Origin: Candidatus Campbellbacteria bacterium GW2011_OD1_34_28
GTDB lineage: Bacteria > Patescibacteriota > Minisyncoccia > Phycocordibacterales > UBA12079
NCBI GenBank assembly: GCA_001029775.1
Contig: CP011215.1
Coordinates: 682,303-746,302, forward strand
Direction: 5' to 3'
Length of the DNA: 64,000 bases
Positions 1 to 8,755 of the stretch are shown one piece after another; position 1 is the stretch's first letter; the number at the start of each line of letters is the position of its first letter. A program made the translations under genes and the position numbers. Below the pieces are notes generated by a model that saw only the letters and a list, made by a program, of their open reading frames with translations, ran no database searches and had not been told where the DNA came from.

Positions 1-2
1 AT

Positions 3-521
3 GGAACGGACGCCCTTCGCATGTCTTTAATTGTTGCGGTTGCTCCAGGGCAAGATATTCGTTTTAGCGAAGAAAAAACAATGGCTTACAAAAAATTTGC
101 CAACAAACTTTGGAACATCGCCCGTTTTGTTTATTCAAATACTGAAAATTTTGATTATGAAAATTTTGACGTAAACAACCTAGCCGATTATGAAAAAAAT
201 ATTTTAGCAAAATTTGACGATCTTATTTCAGAAATAACTGAAGAAATGAAAGAATACAAATTGTATCTGACATCAGAAAAACTTTATCACTTTGTGTGGC
301 ACGAAATGGCAGATGTAATATTGGAAGAATCAAAAGATGCTCTAGCCGACAAGACATCTCTACAAGACAAAGCCAATAAACAATTTATGCTTTTGAATTT
401 ATTTGAAAAGGTCTTGAAAACCCTTCATCCATTTATGCCCTATATAACAGAAGAAATTTGGACAGACTTTCCAAAAAAACAAAAAAATCTATTGGTGGTA
501 GAAAAATGGCCGACGACTTAA
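3..521 (+). CDS. valS: Valyl-tRNA synthetase, C-terminal part (begins before window)
   Basis: GTDALRMSL...FANKLWNIARF and LHPFMPYITEEIW motifs of the class Ia anticodon-binding domain; ends without the C-terminal coiled coil. Confidence 0.9.
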   Translation, partial: GTDALRMSLIVAVAPGQDIRFSEEKTMAYKKFANKLWNIARFVYSNTENFDYENFDVNNLADYEKNILAKFDDLISEITEEMKEYKLYLTSEKLYHFVWHEMADVILEESKDALADKTSLQDKANKQFMLLNLFEKVLKTLHPFMPYITEEIWTDFPKKQKNLLVVEKWPTT

Positions 522-585
522 AAGTTTACGGAACATAAATTAAAAAACTGCAGAGGTTAAACCCCTGCAGTTTTTGATTTTCGAT

Positions 586-1086
586 TTAATTCGGCATTCT
601 GCCGGCCGAATTTTCTCCAACCTTGTAAAAAGATTCTGCTGGCTTGTTAGCCAAAGCTTCTGTCTTTTTTTGCTCAAAGAAAACAATTAAAACCAACCTG
701 GACAAACCAGAACTACAAATTTTAAAAATAAAAATTGCCAAGAAAATTACAAGAAGAAAAGAAGATAATTGGAACATATTTAAACCGTCATTATAGAAAG
801 ACTCGAAAATAAAGGATACTTGCACAAAAATCAAAGCGGCCGAAAGTCCAAAAATAAAAAGACAGGTTAATATTGCTTTTGGTTTTTGCTGTAGACTAAT
901 TTCATCCTCACCACCGGCGAGAAAAAAATAATATCCGACAGCAACAAGAACAGAAAAATATGGCGTCAGCCAGCTGTAAACAATCAATATTTTATCAGTG
1001 TTCTCCGGCACAGGAACAGAAAAAAAGACCGACAAAAGAAACCACATTAATACCGACAACACCAACGATTTACGATCAATATTCAT
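586..1086 (-). CDS. Hypothetical membrane protein (about 4 TM)
   Basis: Hydrophobic segments; GAGAGGTG SD before ATG 1086; hairpin terminator at 543-576. Confidence 0.65.
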   Translation of the reverse strand: MNIDRKSLVLSVLMWFLLSVFFSVPVPENTDKILIVYSWLTPYFSVLVAVGYYFFLAGGEDEISLQQKPKAILTCLFIFGLSAALIFVQVSFIFESFYNDGLNMFQLSSFLLVIFLAIFIFKICSSGLSRLVLIVFFEQKKTEALANKPAESFYKVGENSAGRMPN

Positions 1087-1224
1087 ACACACCTCTCATT
1101 TCCTTTTTTTTATTTGTTTAGAACCAAATCCAATGTTATTTATAATCTTTTACAAAATTTAAGTCAACCAAACCATACTCTTTTCCACTTTCTACTTTCC
1201 ACTTTCTACCTTATACTTTAATCA

Positions 1225-1944
1225 ATGCAAACATTGCTCGCTTTTTCTCTTGGAATTCTACCCACCATTATCTGGTTGGGTTTTTGGCTTGGGGAAGACA
1301 AAAAAAATCCAGAACCAAAACGATTTATATTTTTAGCATTTTGGGCAGGAATGGTCAGTGTACTGGTTGCTCAACTGGCAGGAGACAAAATAATGGAATT
1401 ATTTTTTCAGGAAAAAGAAGCTATCACTCTTTTTGTTTTGTTACTTTTGGCAGGATCAGAAGAAATAATAAAATATCTTTTTGCCGGATTTTCCGTTCTT
1501 AGAAAATCAGTCAACGATGAACCGATAGATGCTGTTATTTATATGATAACCGTTGCTCTGGGATTTTCTGCTATGGAAAATACTTTGTATCTATGGGATA
1601 TCGCCGGATCAGACCAACTTTACAAAACAATTGTCGTTGGAAATATGAGATTTATTGGTGCTACGGTTCTTCACACCGCTAGTTCAAGCATAATTGGTAT
1701 AATGTTGGCACTTACTTTTTATAAGCCAAAAATCATAAAATTTATTGCTTCTATATTTGGACTTATCCTCGCTATTACATTGCACACAAGTTTTAATTTT
1801 CTTATAATAAATGATATAGAAGGAAACATCTTTAAGGTGTTTATGTTTATCTGGATAGTGATATTGGTGCTTCTATTATTTTTTGAAAAAATAAAACAAA
1901 TCCAAGCGAAACAAAAATTATCAAATAACAAAAAGAAAAAATAA
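1225..1944 (+). CDS. PrsW-family intramembrane metalloprotease
   Basis: EP, EEIIK, GFSAMEN and H...H (LHTSFN) motifs; multi-TM. Confidence 0.85.
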   Translation: MQTLLAFSLGILPTIIWLGFWLGEDKKNPEPKRFIFLAFWAGMVSVLVAQLAGDKIMELFFQEKEAITLFVLLLLAGSEEIIKYLFAGFSVLRKSVNDEPIDAVIYMITVALGFSAMENTLYLWDIAGSDQLYKTIVVGNMRFIGATVLHTASSSIIGIMLALTFYKPKIIKFIASIFGLILAITLHTSFNFLIINDIEGNIFKVFMFIWIVILVLLLFFEKIKQIQAKQKLSNNKKKK

Positions 1945-1945
1945 A

Positions 1946-2410
1946 ATGAAATCATTTTTTGAAAAATTAACAGGAACAGTAGATATAGACGAGTTGGACA
2001 AATCCTCTGACAACAAAAAATCTCATGACGAAGATAACGATTATGAAGAAAACGAAGAAAAAAATTGGATGGAAGAAGAAGAGGGAGAATTGACCATAGA
2101 TATGTATCAAGACAACGACAACGTCATTGTCAAAACAATGGTGGCAGGAGTAAAGCCAGAAGATCTGGATGTTGATATTTCAAGAGACATGGTAACAATT
2201 CGCGGAAAAAGAGAAGAATCACACGAAGTTGAAAATCAAGATTATTTTTCAAGAGAACTTTATTGGGGTTCTTTTTCAAGAACAATCACCTTGCCTACTG
2301 AAATAAATATTGACGAGGCACAAGCCGAAGAAAAACACGGTCTTCTTACTCTTATTCTTCCAAAAACAGACAAGGGAAAAAAGGCAAAACTTAAAGTAAA
2401 ATCAAAATAA
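1946..2410 (+). CDS. Hsp20/alpha-crystallin small heat-shock protein
   Basis: GVKPEDLDV, RELYWGSFSRTITLP and GLLTLILPK motifs. Confidence 0.92.
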   Translation: MKSFFEKLTGTVDIDELDKSSDNKKSHDEDNDYEENEEKNWMEEEEGELTIDMYQDNDNVIVKTMVAGVKPEDLDVDISRDMVTIRGKREESHEVENQDYFSRELYWGSFSRTITLPTEINIDEAQAEEKHGLLTLILPKTDKGKKAKLKVKSK

Positions 2411-2413
2411 ATT

Positions 2414-2869
2414 ATGGCAGAAGAAACCCAAGAAAAGACACCTTTTAAACAACTAACAAGTTTTTATTTTTCAAACAATTGGTATTCTTTTTTTACCATT
2501 ACTTATTTACTATTTTTTCTTTATTCCGCGATTTTCTTTCTAGATTATGTGTTTACCGCACTAAAATTCATCCTTTACACACTAGGGCTTTCTACCCCGC
2601 TTTTAGGATTGAATTCTTTGTTTTGGGGAATAATGTTTGTTATCTCTCTGGTAATACCTTTCTCTGTCAGTCTTTCTGCAATCGTTGTCTTTTATGATCT
2701 GTGGGCAAAGACAAAATTGCAAATAAAACAAAAAATGATTCTCTCCGTCTTTATTGTTATAATAATAGTTACGATAATAGTTACGATGGATGACATAATT
2801 AGAAATGTCGCACGCCAGCCAAGTCTAAACGACTTTATAGAGAAAAGTGGTTTGATACAAAGAATTTAA
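2414..2869 (+). CDS. Hypothetical membrane protein
   Basis: 3 hydrophobic helices; operonic with hsp20. Confidence 0.65.
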   Translation: MAEETQEKTPFKQLTSFYFSNNWYSFFTITYLLFFLYSAIFFLDYVFTALKFILYTLGLSTPLLGLNSLFWGIMFVISLVIPFSVSLSAIVVFYDLWAKTKLQIKQKMILSVFIVIIIVTIIVTMDDIIRNVARQPSLNDFIEKSGLIQRI

Positions 2870-2910
2870 AAACAGAAAAAGCCGATGCATCAAGTATCGG
2901 CTTTTTCTGT

Positions 2911-3666
2911 CTAAATAAAAATTCTCGTCCTCTTTATACCATATGCAATTCCCCCTAATTCATTCGCAATGCCTCTCACATATGTACCCGAGGAACATTT
3001 AATCCGAAACTTTGATATTACAAATTCACTTGGAACACGAACATCCAAGTTGTTGTTTAAAATATTTTTCCATTCTTTTTTTATTTCTTCTTGTCTAAAA
3101 TCTCCTTTTATTTTTTCAATCCTACTCAAAATATTTTTTAACAATTCTTCCTTTTCTATTTTTCTATTCTCCAAAAATTCTGCTTCGTAAATTTCTATCT
3201 CTGCATCAGGTATTTCTATCTCATTCAGTCTTCCCTCTCTTGCCCACTGAAAAAGTTGTTTACCTTTTACTGTCATAGATGAATATGGTGGATATTTCTG
3301 AATAAACTTCCCTTTTAAATTCACGATCTTATTCTTCAAAGAATTTGAGAATTCGAAATTTTTAAACTTTTTTAGGACTGGGTCGGACCCAGTCTGTTTT
3401 GGAATTCCGAGAACGTCATAAGTATCTGTTTGGAAACCCCAAAGAATTTCAAATTCATATTCTTTGTCCAATCCCAAATATTCATCCTTGTTCTTGCATT
3501 CCTCCCCAACAAGCACCAACAAAACACCTTCTGCCATCGGGTCAAGCCTGCCAGCATAAGTCATTTTTTGATCTCCAAATCTCACGTTCTCTTTTCTAAA
3601 TTTTTCTATCGCTTCTAATGGAGTCTCCCCTTCTTTTTTATACAATTCAAAAATCATATACTTCAT
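2911..3666 (-). CDS. truB: TruB-family pseudouridine synthase (atypical YAGRLDPMA motif, no PUA domain)
   Basis: GRLDPMAEGVL catalytic Asp motif, KEY, TDTYD, PPYSS, CSSGTYVR. Confidence 0.8.
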   Translation of the reverse strand: MKYMIFELYKKEGETPLEAIEKFRKENVRFGDQKMTYAGRLDPMAEGVLLVLVGEECKNKDEYLGLDKEYEFEILWGFQTDTYDVLGIPKQTGSDPVLKKFKNFEFSNSLKNKIVNLKGKFIQKYPPYSSMTVKGKQLFQWAREGRLNEIEIPDAEIEIYEAEFLENRKIEKEELLKNILSRIEKIKGDFRQEEIKKEWKNILNNNLDVRVPSEFVISKFRIKCSSGTYVRGIANELGGIAYGIKRTRIFI

Positions 3667-3748
3667 ATTATATATTAAACTTTAAATTACAAGATTGCCT
3701 GCCAAATTCTTCTATGATATCAACTATAAGCTTGTAAAATATTTATGC

Positions 3749-3775
3749 TAGACATGAGAATTAAAATCGTATACT
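3749..3775 (+). promoter_or_regulatory. Putative sigma70 promoter for the intergenic RNA
   Basis: TAGACA ... TATACT about 10 nt before the GC-rich structured region. Confidence 0.4.
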
Positions 3776-3784
3776 ATCTTTAAT

Positions 3785-4143
3785 AGCCAAATCGGGAGAA
3801 TTTGCTTGTTCTCCATCCCGAAGAGGTCATAAGTTCCGTTGGCGGACGGGACTTTGACGAAGGATCATTACCGACAACCCGCCGAGGTATTGATCCACCT
3901 TAACCGCACCGATCATAAAATCGGTGGCTCGGGCTATCAGTTACCACCTGTGATGACACTGTTCTCACCGGATATGCCCCGAGCAAAAATCCTGCCTAGC
4001 GACAGGACGAACATTCGCTTTAGACACAAAAGAGATGCCCGGCTGGGTCCCCCAGAACGGCGGTCGTAACTATAACGATCCTAATGTTTAATTTGCCATA
4101 TAAGTAAGGCATCTAGACAACACTCTCTTTTGTGTCTTTTTTT
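3785..4143 (+). ncRNA. Putative structured ncRNA containing a 23S rRNA H68-H71 mimic
   Basis: GC-rich intergenic stretch with about 6 tandem hairpins; 4056-4084 matches the 23S H69 region; 14-bp closing stem 4022-4035/4124-4137 followed by a U-run. Confidence 0.7.
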
Positions 4144-4155
4144 ATTTATTTTTTA

Positions 4156-4195
4156 TTTTGTGCATTTAGAAACGATCGTTTCTAAATGCACAAAA
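4156..4195. repeat. Perfect 40-bp palindrome
   Basis: ttttgtgcatttagaaacga|tcgtttctaaatgcacaaaa. Confidence 0.85.
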
Positions 4196-4247
4196 ATGAA
4201 TTATTCTTTTTCTTGTTAAATCTAGCGATTTTGCTAGAATTTAGAAT

Positions 4248-5537
4248 ATGGAAAAATTAAACACAAATCCTTACAAAGGTGTCCGCGATTTTTATCCAGA
4301 AGACAAGTTTATACAAGAATATATTTTTGAAAAAATGCGAGAAATTGTAGAATCTTTTGGCTACGAAAAATACGATGCTTCTATACTAGAATCTACCGAT
4401 TTGTACAAAGCAAAATCGGGAGAAGAAATCGTAAATGAGCAAACTTATTCTTTCACCGACCGTGGAGGACGAGATGTAACTTTGCGTCCAGAAATGACAC
4501 CAACTATTGCAAGAATGGTGGCAGGCAAAAAAAGAGAATTAATATTCCCCCTTCGTTGGTATTCAATAGTAAATAATTTTAGATACGAGAGACCGCAAAA
4601 AGGCCGTGGTAGAGAATTTTGGCAACTAAATGTAGATATATTTGGAGTAAAAGGCATAGAAGCAGAAATTGAAACAATCACAATCGCCTACAAAATAATG
4701 CAAAACTTAGGAGCGCTAGACAGAGATTTTGTAATTAAAATAAGTTTTGCAGGAATCGTCGGAACAATCCTTTCTGAAAAGTTTAATTTGGAGGGAGACG
4801 AGAAAAAGAAAATTGTTAGATTGATTGATAGATGGAACGGAAATAAAATTTCTGATGAAGATTTTAATAAGGAAATGGAAGATATCTTGGGAAAAGGACG
4901 CGGTGAAGATCTAAAAAAATCACTCGTAAGTGGAGAAATTGAAAAAATAATGAATTCTCAACCCGAAGTTCAACTTTGTCAGACGATAGTAAAAAAATTG
5001 AACGAACGAGGAATAACCAATGTGTCTTTTGATCCATTTTTGGTAAGAGGTTTTGATTATTACACCGGAGTTATTTTTGAAGTTTTTGACAAAGATCCTA
5101 ACAACAACAGAGCGATGTTTGGTGGTGGTCGTTATGACAACCTCCTAGACATCTTTGGTGAAGAAAAAATACCCGCTGTTGGATTTGGTATGGGAGATAT
5201 GACAGCATTGGATTTTTTGGAAAGCAGAAACCTATTGCCTGGATACTTGCCCAAAACAGATTTGTATCTTTGTATTCTTGAAGATAAATATACAGATTTT
5301 TCAGACGACTTGGCCGAGGCTTTTAGAGCTCAAGGTTTAGATATTGCCGTAGATTATTCCTACAAAAAAGTAGGTGATCAAATAAAAAAAGCAAATAAAA
5401 AGAAAGTTCCTTTTGTAATTTGTATTGGAGATGATGAGGTTAAAAATGACAAATTTACATTGAAAAGATTAGTAGATGGAAAAGAATTTTTTGATGTGAC
5501 AAGAAAAGATATAAAAGAAATAATTGAAAAAAAATAA
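4248..5537 (+). CDS. hisS: Histidyl-tRNA synthetase
   Basis: LRPEMT, FRYERPQKGRGREFWQ, RGFDYYTG, GGGRYD. Confidence 0.97.
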   Translation: MEKLNTNPYKGVRDFYPEDKFIQEYIFEKMREIVESFGYEKYDASILESTDLYKAKSGEEIVNEQTYSFTDRGGRDVTLRPEMTPTIARMVAGKKRELIFPLRWYSIVNNFRYERPQKGRGREFWQLNVDIFGVKGIEAEIETITIAYKIMQNLGALDRDFVIKISFAGIVGTILSEKFNLEGDEKKKIVRLIDRWNGNKISDEDFNKEMEDILGKGRGEDLKKSLVSGEIEKIMNSQPEVQLCQTIVKKLNERGITNVSFDPFLVRGFDYYTGVIFEVFDKDPNNNRAMFGGGRYDNLLDIFGEEKIPAVGFGMGDMTALDFLESRNLLPGYLPKTDLYLCILEDKYTDFSDDLAEAFRAQGLDIAVDYSYKKVGDQIKKANKKKVPFVICIGDDEVKNDKFTLKRLVDGKEFFDVTRKDIKEIIEKK

Positions 5538-5540
5538 ATC

Positions 5541-6119
5541 GTGAAAAAAATTACTTTTGATATTGAAACCCAAAATACCTTTGAAGATGTCGGTTCTAAC
5601 GACCCAAAAGACCTAGATATTTCTCTGGTTTGTATCCACAATTCTGAGACTGATTCATATGATACTTTTATGCATGATGATCTGGATCGTCTTTGGCCTA
5701 TTCTCGAAAAAACTGATATGTTAATTGGATATAACTCGGATCATTTTGATATCCCCCTTTTAAACAAATATTGTCCTAATGATTTAACTATGATCAAAAG
5801 CTTGGATATTTTAAAAGAAATTAAAAATTCAACAGGCCGACGATTTAAATTGGACAGTATCGCTGAAGCAACCCTTGGAATAAACAAAAGTGGTCACGGA
5901 TTGGATGCTATAAAATGGTGGAATTCGGGAGAAATAGAAAAAATAAAAAAATATTGTCTAGACGATGTAAAAATAACAAAAGAGGTTTATGAGTATGCTC
6001 TTAAAAATAAAAAATTGAAATATAAAGACAGAATGACTCATAAAATATTGGATATAAATCTAAACACCGACGACTGGGAAGAAAAACAAGACAGTGGTAT
6101 AACAAATTCGTTGTTTTAA
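5541..6119 (+). CDS. RNase H-like/DEDD 3'-5' exonuclease-domain protein
   Basis: FDIET, GYNSDHFD, YCLDDV exonuclease motifs I-III. Confidence 0.8.
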   Translation: MKKITFDIETQNTFEDVGSNDPKDLDISLVCIHNSETDSYDTFMHDDLDRLWPILEKTDMLIGYNSDHFDIPLLNKYCPNDLTMIKSLDILKEIKNSTGRRFKLDSIAEATLGINKSGHGLDAIKWWNSGEIEKIKKYCLDDVKITKEVYEYALKNKKLKYKDRMTHKILDINLNTDDWEEKQDSGITNSLF

Positions 6120-6225
6120 TTTTTTTCTGTTATAATGCAAATTATATAGAAAGTGGCAGGTGAAAATAGGACTTCCTATTAAAATCTCACAATCTAAATT
6201 ATTATAAATTAAGTAAATAATTATT

Positions 6226-6915
6226 ATGGAAGAAAGTAACAAATTTATCGTTCCGGTAGCAATCATTATTGCCGGCGCATTAATTGCTTGGGGTTTAATT
6301 TCAAACGATTCTCCAAAAACAGATGATCAAAACAATGACGATCCAGACACAACAGCTCAGATAATGCCTGTCTCAGAAAAAGATCACATCTTGGGAGATC
6401 CAAACGCAGAACTTATCATCGTGGAATATTCAGATTTGGAATGTCCTTTCTGTAAAAACTTTTACATCACATCAAAAAAAGTAATTGATGAATATGGAAA
6501 AGACGGAAAAGTAGCGTTGGTATTTAGACACTTCCCATTAGATTCTCTTCACTCACAAGCAAGAGGTGAAGCTATCGCAACAGAATGTGCTGCTGAATTG
6601 GGAGGAAACGAGAAATTCTGGGAATATATGGATGAATTGTTCGCAATTACACCATCAAACAATGGCTTAGATCTTGCACAACTCCCTGTGATTGCTAAAA
6701 AGATTGGCTTGGACGAAGAAAAATTTATGGAATGTCTAAACAATCCAGAGATGGCAGAAAGAGTTGAGGAACAATTCCAAGACGGAATAGTTGCCGGAGC
6801 AAAAGGAACTCCTTACTCATTGATTCTTGATAAAGATGGAGGAAAGACAGTTATCAACGGAGCACAACCTTACAATGTAGTAAAAGAAATGATTGAAAGT
6901 CTTTTGAACAGATAA
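6226..6915 (+). CDS. DsbA-like thioredoxin-fold oxidoreductase with N-terminal anchor
   Basis: EYSDLECPFC, RHFPL, GTP, GAQP. Confidence 0.9.
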   Translation: MEESNKFIVPVAIIIAGALIAWGLISNDSPKTDDQNNDDPDTTAQIMPVSEKDHILGDPNAELIIVEYSDLECPFCKNFYITSKKVIDEYGKDGKVALVFRHFPLDSLHSQARGEAIATECAAELGGNEKFWEYMDELFAITPSNNGLDLAQLPVIAKKIGLDEEKFMECLNNPEMAERVEEQFQDGIVAGAKGTPYSLILDKDGGKTVINGAQPYNVVKEMIESLLNR

Positions 6916-6977
6916 TCAAAATTTATAAAAATCCACGCAAGCTTGCGTGGATTTTTATTTTTATATATTTCTATATT

Positions 6978-8486
6978 TTATTTCACCAAATCTCGCAAAT
7001 GTTCAAATATTTTTACCATTGCGAATGTATCCAATTTACAATATTCCAACAAATTCTTTTTTTGTTTTTCGGAATCCTCTTTTGAATATCCGCCAGTTAC
7101 TATTTGATTCCAAGTATTTGAAGCTGTCCCCCCTTCCTTTATCTCCAGCTTCTTATAAGACAATTCTGGCACCAAAGCAGGCAAAGCATATTTTATAGAA
7201 GTCTTTCCCTTAAAATCTGGGTGAACATAAAACTGAGCTTTAAAAATATCTTCCAAATCTACCATTCTATCATTCAAATTATCTATAAATTTTTTGTATT
7301 CGGGATTTCTTTTTGCCAAATCGTTATTTCTGCCTATCTCAAAACTTTTATGCCAAGAGACGACACTGCCTTTTGTGGGTATCATTTCTTGCAAAGCCTT
7401 TATCATTTCCATATCTGGATTTTTGTTTTCGGTAAATAAAAATTCTTTATGAATCAATTCTCCGTCTGGTTCTTCCATAATATGAACGGAAAATTGAAAA
7501 GGAATTTGATTATAAGGGCTGTACCCATCATATCGAGGTATCGCACAAGCATAAGTTTCGTAATCAAAGAAAGCCAGTGGATATTGCAAAGCTGACAGAA
7601 ATTCTCTTATTCCCGATTCGTCTATCATTGTCTTGCCTGTTTTTGCAGAAATAATCTGATTTTTTTGTGCATCAGACAATTTTAAATCATCTGGCACATC
7701 CAGAATATTCAAAATTCCACCATCAACCAATTCTTCCAATTTTCTCTTTGAAAGACCAATTCTGGAAATATCATGCACAGAGTATTTTGGAATATCTGGA
7801 TTAGAATAGAGAAAAGTCGTGCAGTGGCTGTTTCTCCCCTTTGTGATACAAGGACAATTACCCGACGGCTCTTTTTCTTGTATCAAAAAATCGTAAGCAA
7901 CAGCCGTTTCATTTTTTACGAGTTCCTCTATCTCCAAAACTCTGTCGGTAAAATCTTCTTTTGTAAATAATTGTCGCAAGTCCAAATCTCCTCTTCTCAC
8001 ATATTCTGGATTAAGACGCACTAAATATAATTGTCCAACAGGGACACCCACTTCTTTCAAAACCATATATTGAAATGCCAGATCAAATGTATACAATTCA
8101 TTTTTTGATTTTTTCTTTTTATCGTCTCCACTGTTAGACGCCTTTACCTCATAAACATCGTATTTTTGAGTACTTTCGTTCCAAACCAAAATATCTGAAG
8201 CAATTTGATATTTTTCTGTTTCAAAAGCAGGCTGATAAATAACAGGTGTTTTCTTTTCAACGAGCTCTTTTGTAAGCGCAAAATCATATCGCCCTTCCAC
8301 CAAAACGCCACCTTTGAATAAATCTCTTGCAACCAAGTCTACCTCGTTTCCTGTTTCAATAATTCCCTCTTCAAATTCGGTTAGTGGAAAAGAATAATAA
8401 ACATCGGGTTTATGCATCTTAACCCAAGCGTTTTTGCCACATTCTCGATATATTAAATAGTTTGTCTTTGAAACCTTTTTTGTCAT
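6978..8486 (-). CDS. DUF2779-domain protein (PD-(D/E)xK-like N-terminus plus RNase H-like C-terminus)
   Basis: DIL...YEVKAS; FFDYET, PYNQIPFQFS, SIKYALP, YCKLDT. Confidence 0.75.
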   Translation of the reverse strand: MTKKVSKTNYLIYRECGKNAWVKMHKPDVYYSFPLTEFEEGIIETGNEVDLVARDLFKGGVLVEGRYDFALTKELVEKKTPVIYQPAFETEKYQIASDILVWNESTQKYDVYEVKASNSGDDKKKKSKNELYTFDLAFQYMVLKEVGVPVGQLYLVRLNPEYVRRGDLDLRQLFTKEDFTDRVLEIEELVKNETAVAYDFLIQEKEPSGNCPCITKGRNSHCTTFLYSNPDIPKYSVHDISRIGLSKRKLEELVDGGILNILDVPDDLKLSDAQKNQIISAKTGKTMIDESGIREFLSALQYPLAFFDYETYACAIPRYDGYSPYNQIPFQFSVHIMEEPDGELIHKEFLFTENKNPDMEMIKALQEMIPTKGSVVSWHKSFEIGRNNDLAKRNPEYKKFIDNLNDRMVDLEDIFKAQFYVHPDFKGKTSIKYALPALVPELSYKKLEIKEGGTASNTWNQIVTGGYSKEDSEKQKKNLLEYCKLDTFAMVKIFEHLRDLVK

Positions 8487-8629
8487 ATTGAGTATATTAA
8501 CATAAATTTATAAAACCCGTCTTTTAAGACGGGTTTTATAAATTTAAATATTTAGAGTTTTAAAAGTTTAAATCTAATTTTCAGATTTAGATGAAATTCG
8601 AGGAAATGAGGAAAAATTTTTTGAAGCCT

Positions 8630-8755
8630 TTTAAATCTTTAAATTTGGATGCAGAACGAGGAGCCAACAAAAAATTCCTTAAGGCGTATCGTGAATACGA
8701 CGAAAGGAATTTTTTGGAAGGCGACAAAGTTATGCGCCAAATTTAAAGATTTAAA
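8630..8755. repeat. Nested palindromic element (REP/MITE-like) overlapping the gyrB stop
   Basis: 19-bp perfect IR tttaaatctttaaatttgg/ccaaatttaaagatttaaa enclosing an aaaaaattcctt/aaggaatttttt IR and an inner hairpin. Confidence 0.7.

Noticed and set aside
3785-4143. T-box leader of hisS, RNase P RNA, tmRNA, SRP RNA, or the 76-aa ORF 3839-4069
   Set aside because: No T-box UGGnACC bulge, no GAGGAAAGUCC, no tRNA-like ends and no SRP GGAA/AGCAG loop on either strand; the ORF starts with TTG and lies over paired stems
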